A DNA stretch of 64,000 bases from Sedimentisphaerales bacterium (GTDB lineage Bacteria > Planctomycetota > Phycisphaerae > Sedimentisphaerales > Anaerobacaceae), in the NCBI GenBank assembly GCA_963708075.1, contig OY970194.1, positions 2,688,001-2,752,000 on the forward strand, written 5' to 3'. The position numbers and the translations under genes were made by a program. The notes beneath the pieces are model-generated. The model saw only the letters and a program-made list of their open reading frames with translations. It did not search any database and was not told where the DNA came from. Shown here piece by piece: positions 21,220-31,192 of the stretch; within the stretch, counting starts at the first letter, position 1; every line of letters begins with the position of its first letter.

Positions 21220-21418
21220 GGGTGGCACGGGCAAACTCGTTGGGTTCGTCCCAAGTTCTTGAGTTTTGGGTGGCAGCGGCAAGCGCAGCTTGCCGATGGT
21301 TTGCCCATTCGCCATCGGCAAAGCCTTCGGCCTTGCCGCTGCCACTCGTCTGGGTAGCTTGTATCAGGCCCATCCGAAGGATTTGGGGCGTTACCAACGA
21401 GTTTTGGCGGTGCCACCC
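21220..21418. repeat. Nested REP-like family A palindromes
   Basis: Outer GGGTGGCACGGGCAAACTCGTTGG...CCAACGAGTTTTGGCGGTGCCACCC encloses inner GGGTGGCAGCGGCAAG...CTTGCCGCTGCCACTC (21268-21347). Confidence 0.8.
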
Positions 21419-21452
21419 GGCGAACGGCCGGCTTCACGCTAAACACATACTC

Positions 21453-22598
<1,146 letters not shown>

Positions 22599-22646
22599 AC
22601 TCCCCTAAACCACCGCGCAGCTTGTTGCGAAAGGCCAATCTACGCC

Positions 22647-22790
22647 TCGAAATCCGAAGCACGAAACCCGAAATCCGAAACAAATCCAAAACTCGAAGGT
22701 CCCAAACGCTGTCGCCGGCTTGGCCACGTTCCGAATTTGGGATTTCGATCCTTCGTGCTTGTCTCGGATTTCGACACTCGGATTTCGAAT
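22647..22790. repeat. Heptamer-based (CGAAATC-like) inverted repeat hairpin
   Basis: tcgaaatccgaagcacgaaacccgaaatccgaaacaa pairs with ttgtctcggatttcgacactcggatttcgaa. Confidence 0.8.
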
Positions 22791-23050
22791 TTGACCCTAC
22801 GGCATAACCTTAGACGTACAAGAACTTTACGACCAACACCCGATTTCAACTTGCCCTGTGGTGCTAATCTACAATATAGCGGTTGCAGAAGGCCTCGCAA
22901 CACGCCATTTCCCTATTCTCCGCCCGGAAACAGCCCCCTCAAGCCCCGGATTCATGCCCTATGGCCGTTCCTATACTTAAGGACGCACAGCCCCCACGTA
23001 TGTTACAAAAGAAATCCCCCGGCCCGGCCTCCGCCCGCAACCAAATCATC

Positions 23051-23129
23051 TCGCGCAGAGACGCTGAGACGCAGAGAACTGCAGGAAAGAATCGCGTTTT
23101 CCCCTCTGCGTCCCTGCGTCTCTGCGCGA
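23051..23129. repeat. Nonamer-based hairpin (CGCAGAGAC / GTCTCTGCG)
   Basis: tcgcgcagagacgctgagacgcagag...ctctgcgtccctgcgtctctgcgcga. Related copies at 26160-26241 and a half copy at 36709-36735. Confidence 0.8.
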
Positions 23130-23184
23130 TACACAATCCTCTTTGACGCCTGTACTTACGCGACTTCGTAGGGTGGGTCCTTGA

Positions 23185-23388
23185 CCCACGCGGGCCTTTG
23201 AGCGAAGCATCCCTTGGCTCAGGGAGTCCGTCAACATCTCGCAGTCTCAGTTCGCCAGAATGATCGGCGTCAGCAAAGACACCCTCCAGAATTGGGAGCA
23301 AGGCCGCAGACGCCCGCGAGGCCCCGCCAAAGCCCTCCTGCGAGTCTTCGAAAAGGACCCCAAAGCCGTCATCCGCGCCCTCGACTGA
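23185..23388 (+). pseudogene. 5'-truncated XRE-family HTH protein (HigA/NadS-like antitoxin remnant)
   Basis: Manual translation LRESVNISQSQFARMIGVSKDTLQNWEQGRRRPRGPAKALLRVFEKDPKAVIRALD*. In-frame TGA at 23182 lies inside a GTAG-type palindrome, and no start codon precedes the HTH. Confidence 0.75.
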
Positions 23389-23534
23389 CAGCACTGCCAC
23401 CAGCCTTAACGTATAGCGTAGGGGCTGACCGTCAGCCCCTCGGCATCGCGCCTTCTCCGATTTTTCTTCGAGAGCAGCGGTTCTTCTGCCGAAAAGTATA
23501 ATGGCAATGGCTATGCCATGCAGGAGACTCGTAC

Positions 23535-23879
23535 ATGCAGAAGTGGTCAAGTCAGGAATTGACGAGCGTGAACCATTCAGCCGATTTCTTCTGCCCGCAC
23601 TGTGAGGCCGGGAGTTTTGAGGTCCTCGGCGTCGAGCGGCACGTCGGCGAGCAGGACCAAACGCACTGCGCTCTGGTCATGCGATGCCTGGTCTGTCATG
23701 GCCGTTTCTGGCATCTGGCCGAGACCCAAAGTTCCTTCCTGCAAGCCCCCGCCCCAGCCGCAGTCCATTTACAGGTGAACCTGCCCGAACTGTCCCCCAA
23801 CCAGGGGACAGCAGTTCCATCCCCCTCCAAAGCACGAACCTGCTCGGGCACAATCCCCCCAGCCAGTTTCCTCGGATAA
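23535..23879 (+). CDS. Small putative zinc-ribbon protein
   Basis: AGGAG before the ATG; CPHC...CLVC pair; TATAAT at ~23497. Confidence 0.5.
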   Translation: MQKWSSQELTSVNHSADFFCPHCEAGSFEVLGVERHVGEQDQTHCALVMRCLVCHGRFWHLAETQSSFLQAPAPAAVHLQVNLPELSPNQGTAVPSPSKARTCSGTIPPASFLG

Positions 23880-23890
23880 TAAGAGCCCTA

Positions 23891-24112
23891 TCAGTCCAAA
23901 ACCGAGATAAGTGAGGCGTCCCTGGGACTCAAATCTACTTCAGAGAAGAGGACCTGACATCCTCTCCCCCCGACCTCGGCCCATCTGCCAATAGTTGATA
24001 ATTGAGACTCGACCCCACGTCCCGCGGCGGTCGCCTTAGGGCTATTCGTCCTTTTGCAGCCAATGAAGGCCACGATCATCACCAATCCGAGCGCTACGAG
24101 TGTGGTTCGCAT
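23891..24112 (-). CDS. Short putative lipoprotein, possibly truncated
   Basis: Signal MRTTLVALGLVMIVAFIGC with lipobox-like IGC; GAGGG upstream. Confidence 0.45.
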   Translation of the reverse strand: MRTTLVALGLVMIVAFIGCKRTNSPKATAAGRGVESQLSTIGRWAEVGGRGCQVLFSEVDLSPRDASLISVLD

Positions 24113-24189
24113 CCTACCCTCAGCATTCTGTTAGACCTTTGAGCCTGCTGGATACGGCCTCTGCGAAGCCTAGGGTGCCATACCTAATC

Positions 24190-24990
24190 TTAGCACTCCT
24201 GAGATATGGTGCCATATAATTGTGAAATCCTGCAGAACATGCGTCCGTTCTTGGTGTTTGAGCCACGCGAGATTCCCACTGCATAAAGGTAGAGCGAGCG
24301 TGACACCCAACTCTCGGCGGGAGTGGCGGGGGAAATCAGGACTTCGTCAAGAAGATCATATAGCTTGTCAATGGCAACAGGAATAATCCCGGTAGACGAG
24401 ATCTCCTCTGGCAGCACGATATAGCGGTATTCGGCCTCGTGGCGAAATACCGTTCTTTTGATGAAGAGGCCTGAGGCTGTCCCGAGTGAGATCATCGCTT
24501 GGTCGATCACCTTATCGCCGGGCACATATTGGACTTTTCCTCTGAACCCCTGTCCATTGCGCCGGCTCTTCTCGAGCAATCCTGTTATCTTGCCCAGAGA
24601 TGTTCGTATTCTCACGCCGCCGTTCTTACAGTAGCTCTCCCACATGGCAGCAGATCCGTGCTGCCCAAGTTCTCTCATGGCCACGCTATGGTCTTCAGGC
24701 GTGTACAATCTGGCATCCTCCGTATGGAGGGTCCAGCAGCTTCCGTACAGGTCATCCTTGTTTCTACCAAAGAGATGTGGATCTTTCCGATGCTTGTTGA
24801 GGAACTCAAATGCAAGGCCCTCATAGGCGTCGGGCCAATCGCAGATTCGCGAAAGACCAAGTTGCCCGAACTCGCGTAGGTGGAGAAATGCATTCGTGGA
24901 GAGATATCTGTATAGCGGCGTATCATCAGGTAGATCATCTTCGCCAGGGGGCAGACACGGGCTTACTGAAATAGGCATCGTCTTCCTCAC
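24190..24990 (-). CDS. DUF2971-like protein
   Basis: LYRYL, W.DAYEG, SCWT, SAAMWESY, G.V.Y, F.KR..FRHEAEYR; visibly lower GC than the core genes. Confidence 0.7.
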   Translation of the reverse strand: MRKTMPISVSPCLPPGEDDLPDDTPLYRYLSTNAFLHLREFGQLGLSRICDWPDAYEGLAFEFLNKHRKDPHLFGRNKDDLYGSCWTLHTEDARLYTPEDHSVAMRELGQHGSAAMWESYCKNGGVRIRTSLGKITGLLEKSRRNGQGFRGKVQYVPGDKVIDQAMISLGTASGLFIKRTVFRHEAEYRYIVLPEEISSTGIIPVAIDKLYDLLDEVLISPATPAESWVSRSLYLYAVGISRGSNTKNGRMFCRISQLYGTISQEC

Positions 24991-25210
24991 TTGATGACAA
25001 GCGAAACTGGGGTGGTTGCATATCTTCTCCTTGCTTCACCCCGAACGCGAGGACAGCCACCTAGTCCCGCCTTCTCTTGTCTTATTTAGGCTTCAACGTT
25101 CAGACGCTCACGGCCGTGCAATTCAACTTGGCCTCACCACATTCATCCGGCCGACAGCGGGGCGGAACGCTCATTTTTGCACCTGCACCAGAAGTAGGTC
25201 TCTGACGATT

Positions 25211-25239
25211 ATTATCGGGAATGGAGGAGGAAGTGTCAA
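25211..25239 (-). promoter_or_regulatory. Sigma70-type promoter facing the DUF2971-like gene
   Basis: Minus strand TTGACA-17 nt-GATAAT. Confidence 0.6.
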
Positions 25240-25333
25240 GAAAACGACAGTTTGGTGATCGTCCCAAGGATTGGGGGCCTTCGAGGGTGGCCCTTAGGGG
25301 AGTTCCAGAGGGGGTCAGGGGGTCAGGGCTGGT

Positions 25334-25527
25334 GGGGTCATCCATATAGGGTTCTTGTCAAGTACAAAAGTATTCTCCCTGAACCGAAATCTTTACGCCT
25401 ATGCCGAGTCGGCGCTTCGGTTGGGGCAGGAAAAGGGGTCGTCCATATAGGGTTCTTGTCAAGTACAAAAATACTCTCCCTGAACCGAAATTTTTACGCC
25501 TCTGCCGAGTCGTCGCTTCGGTCGGGC
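25334..25527. repeat. Tandem duplication, period 101 bp
   Basis: GGGGTC(A/G)TCCATATAGGGTTCTTGTCAAGTACAAAA...CCCTGAACCGAAAT...GCCGAGTCG.CGCTTCGGT at 25334 and 25435. Confidence 0.9.
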
Positions 25528-26635
25528 TCTGTCGGCCTGTGTTTTGCTGCGCGACAATAATCTCACGAACCGCTCCGGGCGTCCGGCTCTGCTGTGCACC
25601 TGCGAGTTCTCTGTCGTTTCATTCGTCGAGTCCGCCTGTCCCCAGGCGGCTCTTTCGCGCAGTCATCCATCCGGATCTAGGCCGGACGCCACAGGCCCTG
25701 TGAGCCAAGGTCCGGCCCCATCCCGACCCCGTCGGGACCAGAACAACGTCAGTACCGTGCCCTGTTCACTCGATGCCCATCCCGCAGGACGGACGTGACA
25801 GACCCAATGACTCGCCTCATCCGAAGGGGGGAAAGGGGGGGAAAGGGGTCAGGCTTTGGATTTAGGTGTCTGAGTGAGGAAAGCCTTATCCGTCGCGATC
25901 CTCTTTTCTCCGTGTCCTCCGTGATCTCCGTGGTAGGCGCCGTTGAGGGTCAGCCCTTACGTTAGACTTCAGTGGGCGAGCGGGGTCAGCGACTTGAATT
26001 CCGGGGAGGCATTGGTTGCTTGTTTCGGTTTCCCATTGGGTATGGTGTCAGCAGAGAGCAGACGGCATTGATCTGCGCTGCTAACTCGCAACAACTGAAG
26101 AACATTTCCAGATGATTCCAGGCGGACACTGCAAGGCCTTGGAACAAAACGGATCATATCTCGCGCGGAGACGCAGGGACGCTGGGGTTTCACACATATT
26201 GCCTTCATGGTTTTTCTCTGCGTCTCCGCGTCTCTGCGCGAGGTAATATCCGTTCCGGCCGGAGGCGGGGCTGTGTTCATCGGCGGTTTCCCCCTTCGTG
26301 GTTCAGGGGGTTGGTGCGTGGTACGCACTCTGCGGAGTGAGGCGAGGTCCGGCGGAAAATCTTCATGTTTTCCGGATTTTCCTGCAACAGCAAACGGCGG
26401 CGTGCGTCTGATATATAGAGAACAACTCGTTGCGAGCCGTACGGGGCATTCACCATGGAGGCACAGAGATCGCGGAGATAAGCTTGAGACTACCGGTGAG
26501 ATGGCCTTGGCGTTCATTCTCTGGGTCTCTATGGCGAGAATTCATAGGCTCGGCGGGACAGGATGGCCGGGGGACACGGGATTGCGGAATGCGGAGTGAA
26601 GGGCGGATACCTGCGATGGCAAACACGGACAGCCG

Positions 26636-27385
26636 TGCAAAACAAACCCAATTCCGAAAAGGTGTGAAGTGTCAAGGAGTCCTGCTGAACCTCAGACTGC
26701 GCACCTCACACCCGACACTTCCCGGCAGACGCCCTGCCGCGTCACTACGAGCGGGACCTGTTCTCCAAAACAAAGCCAATCTGGCGGCTCGCCAGGCGGG
26801 AGTCTGGGCCATATCGTGCGAAACAAACCCAATTCGGCAGTGGGCCGGCGTGTGAAACAAAGCCAATTCTGAGGGAGTTTCAAGTTTGAAGTGTGAAGTG
26901 GCAAGCGGGAGGGGCAGGGCACGAGCCGTCTGACTTCAAACTTCAAACGTCACACTTCAAACTCGCCCCGTGCGGAACAAAGCCAATTGGGCAAGAAGTT
27001 CGATGTTTGAGGTGTGAAGCAGGTGGGACCCGGTGTGCGAAACAAAGCCAATTTGTCAGGAACAGGCCCCAGGCCGGAGGCAGGTGCGAGCGTTATGCGA
27101 AACAAAGCCAATTGAGGCCGGGGGCGAGGGATTGCGGATTGCAGATTGCGGAGTGCGGATTGAAGGATGGCGGAACAAAGCCAATTTGGTGTGCGGGGCT
27201 TGCCCGCGAAACAAAGCCAATCCGGGGGGCTCGACAGGCGGGAGTCCGGGCATATCATGCAAAACAAACCCAATTCGGCGCGAGGCCGGCGTGCGAAACA
27301 AAGCCAATTGTCACAGACAAACAGAGCCCGAGCCTGGCCTTGGTCTGATCGGGGGATATGCGATATGGAGAAACAAAGCCAATTG
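26636..27385 (+). repeat. Array of 12 short direct repeats, consensus (TGCGA)AACAAA(G/C)CCAAT(T), with variable spacers
   Basis: Core starts at 26641, 26769, 26822, 26856, 26976, 27041, 27101, 27174, 27210, 27263, 27297, 27372, all in the same orientation. Confidence 0.9.
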
Positions 27386-27430
27386 CGGGTCGTTCGGCTT
27401 CTACGCGATCGCTACCGCCTGGGGGCTCTG

Positions 27431-29015
27431 AGGCTGTGAGAGAATTCGAATTACTGTGATGGTTCGACTGCATCTCTGCGACCTGATCGGTCCTTGTTCA
27501 TTCTGTAGATCTCAGTCTATTCAGGTTCGTTCAGGGGTCGATCTGTCTTGTCCAAACCTCCATCAGTTCAGCAGCCGGCCCGATCGGGCCCTGGGGCGGT
27601 ACTCTATGCCCCTTTTGGACTCTCAGCCCACCAATAATGCCTCACCAAAATGTATCATGTTGTACGCCAGCGCAGACCACAGCGCAACACAACGCACCTT
27701 GTGCAGCCCACGGACCAGCAATCGAGCCAACCCGCGATAGGTCCGCAGATCGGCGTTGACCGTCTCACTGGTCGCCGCCCGTTCCTTATAGATGCTCTTG
27801 CCTTCTTCACTGGCCATGCGCGTCCGCCAGGCGGCGATCTCAGGGCTGTCCGTCTTACGCACCTGACAGGGGTCCACACACCCTCGACCGCCCTGCGGCG
27901 GAGCGTAGATGCGTACACCCGCCTGCTCGGCCGCCTGGATCTGCTCCAACTTGACAAAGCCTCCATCCATCAAGTGCTCCTTCACCTGGCCGTCCGTACG
28001 CTCCTCGACGTGCTCACGCATCGGCGCACTCTCGGCCTTGTCCGTGCCCGCGTTGGTCACGTCCACGCCCAGGATCGCCCGCGATTGCGTGTCGCTGGCG
28101 AACTGCAGGTTATAGGCTGGACGAAAGCCGCCATCAGGCATTTTCATCACACGGGCTTCACTGTCGGTCGTCGAGGCACGCGGCGGGCTGGGTTTGTCCC
28201 GCTGATTGTTCCGCGCTTGGGCTTTGACCTTCTTGATCTCCTCCAAGGCCCCCAGCGCCTTTTCCACTCGCTCCAGCCGCTCTCGAGCCGCTCGTTCTTT
28301 CGCCGCCACCTGCCGCGCATGGCGATCCGTAAGGGCGGGCGACTCCCGCTGGGCCTTCAGAGCTTCCACCTGGCCCTTGGCCTGGTCGAGCAACTCGTTC
28401 AATCGCCGCTCCCGTCGAAAACTGCCTTTGCCGGCGCTGGCCCGCACACGCATCCCATCCTGGCTGATCCGATGCACGCTGACCAGCTTACGCTCCATCA
28501 GCATCGCCAGCACCTCGGTCATCAGACCGTCCAACGCCTCTTCATGACTGACGCGAAAATCACTCAACGTGTGATAGTTCACGCCAACCCCGCCGCACAG
28601 CCAGCGATACGCCGCATGATGCTCGCACAGCCGCTCCAACTCCCGCGCGCTGCCCACCCCCTGGGTCGCCGCATACAACCACAATGCCACCAGCAAGCGA
28701 ACGTCCGTCGCCGACCGCCCGGCCTGTCCCTCACTGACCTTCAGTCCCTCGGTAAACTTCGACAGGTCCAGCCGCTCCACCACGGCCCAAAGCACCCGCA
28801 CGTGATGGCCCGGCGGGATCGTCTCTTCCAGGGACAACGGAACCATCCGCGTTTGTGACCGGTCCGGCCGACGAAACCGCAACGGACCCGCAGGCACACA
28901 GTCTCTCGAATCTTGTTCCATCTCACTAACCTGAGATTCCATTCCCGGCAGAGTTCCTTGCTCTTTCATGCCCGTTATTCTACCATCCCCGTCAAGACCG
29001 ATTTCTTCACAGCCT
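27431..29015 (-). mobile_element. IS1182-family insertion sequence (~1585 bp)
   Basis: Terminal inverted repeats AGGCTGTGAGAGAAT / ATTTCTTCACAGCCT; 5-bp flanking direct repeat CTCTG at 27426-27430 and 29016-29020; single transposase. Confidence 0.88.
27623..28969 (-). CDS. IS1182-family DDE transposase
   Basis: DUF772-like N-terminus (LWLYA...SARELERLC...YRWLCGG...HTLSDFR), QDGMRVRASA, STTDSEARVMK, AYNLQ, MDGGF, YKER..TSE. Confidence 0.92.
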   Translation of the reverse strand: MKEQGTLPGMESQVSEMEQDSRDCVPAGPLRFRRPDRSQTRMVPLSLEETIPPGHHVRVLWAVVERLDLSKFTEGLKVSEGQAGRSATDVRLLVALWLYAATQGVGSARELERLCEHHAAYRWLCGGVGVNYHTLSDFRVSHEEALDGLMTEVLAMLMERKLVSVHRISQDGMRVRASAGKGSFRRERRLNELLDQAKGQVEALKAQRESPALTDRHARQVAAKERAARERLERVEKALGALEEIKKVKAQARNNQRDKPSPPRASTTDSEARVMKMPDGGFRPAYNLQFASDTQSRAILGVDVTNAGTDKAESAPMREHVEERTDGQVKEHLMDGGFVKLEQIQAAEQAGVRIYAPPQGGRGCVDPCQVRKTDSPEIAAWRTRMASEEGKSIYKERAATSETVNADLRTYRGLARLLVRGLHKVRCVALWSALAYNMIHFGEALLVG

Positions 29016-29038
29016 CTCTGCTCCGGCCCTCAAATACG

Positions 29039-29075
29039 CAAAAACCGCGTTCCGGCGGGTGGGAACGCGGTTTTC
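29039..29075 (-). terminator. Rho-independent terminator downstream of tRNA-Arg
   Basis: AAAAACCGCGTTCC-loop-GGAACGCGGTTTT hairpin with A/T tracts on both sides. Confidence 0.8.
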
Positions 29076-29077
29076 AA

Positions 29078-29151
29078 TGCGCCTGGAGGGACTCGAACCC
29101 CCAACCCTCAGCTCCGTAGGCTGATGCTCTATCCAATTAAGCTACAGGCGC
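29078..29151 (-). tRNA. tRNA-Arg (ACG); CCA not encoded
   Basis: Reverse complement GCGCCTGTAGCTTAATTGGATAGAGCATCAGCCTACGGAGCTGAGGGTTGGGGGTTCGAGTCCCTCCAGGCGCA folds as a cloverleaf with anticodon ACG. Confidence 0.96.
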
Positions 29152-29164
29152 GAAGAACAACCTG

Positions 29165-29193
29165 AGTGTACTGCGCCGTTACACCTCTGTCAA
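29165..29193 (-). promoter_or_regulatory. Sigma70 promoter of tRNA-Arg
   Basis: Minus strand TTGACA-17 nt-TACACT, 13 nt upstream of the tRNA. Confidence 0.75.
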
Positions 29194-29577
29194 CTCTCAG
29201 GCAAAATCCTCGCAAAAGATGCTTACCGCCTTCGTACCATACCGGCACGAAGCACAAGTCCACTGGTAACTACGCTGCGTAAGTGCTGCTGCGGTAAGGC
29301 TTTCGCGATCCGTCCGAAAAAAATTTCAGGATTTCAGGGAAACGCCGTTATATCCCGTTGCCCTAGCGGCACTCTTATACGGACACCAATGAAAAAGCAA
29401 TCAATACAACGAGGTCCGAAGGTGGTGAAAACGATGATTCGCAGCGAAACCCAGGCAAATAGCTTTTCTAACATAACCCAAGTGGCACCCAAGTTGAACC
29501 CTGAATCCCAACGTATGACCAAACCACTAGCGCTTCTCTCGTGATGGCAGCTCTCTATCACCTGCCTCCACCAAATC

Positions 29578-29612
29578 AGGCCCCGTTTCCCCCGAAACGG
29601 GGCTTGGTATTT
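29578..29612 (+). terminator. Hairpin terminator
   Basis: AGGCCCCGTTTC-CCCC-GAAACGGGGCTT followed by GGTATTTT. Confidence 0.65.
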
Positions 29613-29829
29613 TGAGGGGGTGCCCAGGGGATTCTTACGAGGTCCTCATACCGATTGCATCTGAGTATTCCACATCTCCGCGCAGCATCGGTAAGAGCCT
29701 GCCCTGAGCGCAGTCGAACAGGCCAGAGGTTTTGCCGATGGCGAATGGTCAAACCATCGGCAAGCTAGCGCGTGTCGCTGCCACCCGAAGCTTGATGGTA
29801 CGCTGCGAGGAACTCGGGCGGAATCAGTA

Positions 29830-30957
29830 TCACTTCTGCGGGAGTTCCACTCCGATGTTGACGGTCACCTGGGGCGGAATAGTGAAGCTGACCGGCAGGG
29901 CCTTATTCGGGCCGATCAGGTAATTCCGCACGGTGTATGACAGCTCCGTTTGGGATTCGACGTTTTTCACCTTGAGCTTGAGCAGTGCTTTTCCATTGGG
30001 TGGGATCAGCAGTTCCTTGGGCCCCGGACCACCGGTTCTGTCCAGTTTGAGGTCGATATCGCAGTTGTTCTCCAAGGCCAGCCGGACGGTGGTCTCGCCC
30101 TCATAGTCAATATTCCGAACCGCGACCGCCTTGTCCAAGATCGCCTGGAGGTATTCGCGTTTGCCGATGAGCTGGTCATTGTGCCAGACTGCCGTCCGGC
30201 CGTTCACCAGAGCATCCTTCACGGCCTCATGCGTCTTTTCTTTGGCGAAGACCAGCGTCATCGGCCGGTGACGCTCGGCAGTCGTCTTGTCCACGGGGCA
30301 CGGGTCGTGGAGGTCGGTGTTGCCCATGAAGGTGAGATTCTTGTCGAGGGCCCACTCATGCACCTCCGGCTCATAATCCAGGCCGTTGACGACCTCGATG
30401 CCGCGCAGGTACTTCTTCTCATACAGCTCCGTGTGGATATCGAGCCACCCCTTCTTGTCCGGCTTCCAGTTCGGATGATTCCACCAGATGAATGCCCCCT
30501 GCTTGCTCGCCGCCTCCATGGCGTCCAACAAATCATTCGTATCCAGCGGCGCCACATCCTCCAGGAAAATGGCATTGAAGTGCCCGGGCGGCGTGTCCCG
30601 CGTGATCTCCGCGCCTCGGATGAGCAGGATATCGCGCTCCTTCGCCCGCGGCAGTGCGATCTCGTACGGCCGGTTGTGCTTCGTCGGGACGTCGTCCTTG
30701 TGCGGCTGATACTCGATATGGTCCGTGATCGAGATCGCATCGAGCCCCTCGCGCCACGCCTCATCGACGCGCACCGTCGGCCAGACCGCGCCGTCGGAGA
30801 ACACCGTGTGCATGTGGAAATCACATTTCAGCGTCTTATACCCCATGATCCCCGGGATGCGGATCTCCTGCCGGACCTGCGCCGAGAGCATGGCCGCTTG
30901 AAGCAGAATGACGAGGACACCCATGACCGCCCATCGAAGTTGCACCGCTCGTTTCAT
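29830..30957 (-). CDS. Secreted PHP-domain phosphodiesterase (Sb-PDE-like)
   Basis: DFHMHTVFSDG, ITDHIEYQPH, PPGHFNA, WNHP, GIEVVN, NTDLH. Promoter TTGCCA-17-TATACT at 31057-31029. Confidence 0.88.
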   Translation of the reverse strand: MKRAVQLRWAVMGVLVILLQAAMLSAQVRQEIRIPGIMGYKTLKCDFHMHTVFSDGAVWPTVRVDEAWREGLDAISITDHIEYQPHKDDVPTKHNRPYEIALPRAKERDILLIRGAEITRDTPPGHFNAIFLEDVAPLDTNDLLDAMEAASKQGAFIWWNHPNWKPDKKGWLDIHTELYEKKYLRGIEVVNGLDYEPEVHEWALDKNLTFMGNTDLHDPCPVDKTTAERHRPMTLVFAKEKTHEAVKDALVNGRTAVWHNDQLIGKREYLQAILDKAVAVRNIDYEGETTVRLALENNCDIDLKLDRTGGPGPKELLIPPNGKALLKLKVKNVESQTELSYTVRNYLIGPNKALPVSFTIPPQVTVNIGVELPQK

Positions 30958-31192
30958 CGACTACCCTTTCTTTGCTTGAATCACCAGTCACGGTAGGAAA
31001 TCCGCCTGTGACGCAACTAACCGCAGGCAGTATAGCGGCTGGTCTGGAGTCTGGCAACGCTTTGTCGCCGAGGAGACGTTTCCCGCTCGTCACGAACCCC
31101 GGAATCGGCGGTCCAGCAGGCTCTTGAAGAACTCAACCCTGTTTGGGTCCCGGCATAGAGTAGAAACGGCAAAGCCGTCAGTGAGTTCACAA

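Noticed and set aside
23891..25160. Integron cassettes / attC sites around the DUF2971-like gene
   Set aside because: GTTAGAC and ACCTAAT near 24130-24190 are in the wrong order for attC, no convincing L boxes were found, and no integrase is present.
26636..27385. CRISPR array
   Set aside because: The repeat is only 12-18 bp and non-palindromic, spacing ranges from 34 to 128 bp, a spacer block is duplicated, and no cas genes are in the window.
26430..27473. ORFs with NKAN/ETKPI/KQSQ repeats
   Set aside because: They are the DNA repeat read in all frames; unit spacing does not keep frame and there is no convincing RBS.
22640..29151. Prophage or integrative element at tRNA-Arg
   Set aside because: No integrase, phage genes or duplicated tRNA 3' end seen.
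29482..29497. Sigma54 promoter TGGCAC-N5-TTGAA
   Set aside because: The conserved -12 GC is missing and no clear downstream gene exists.
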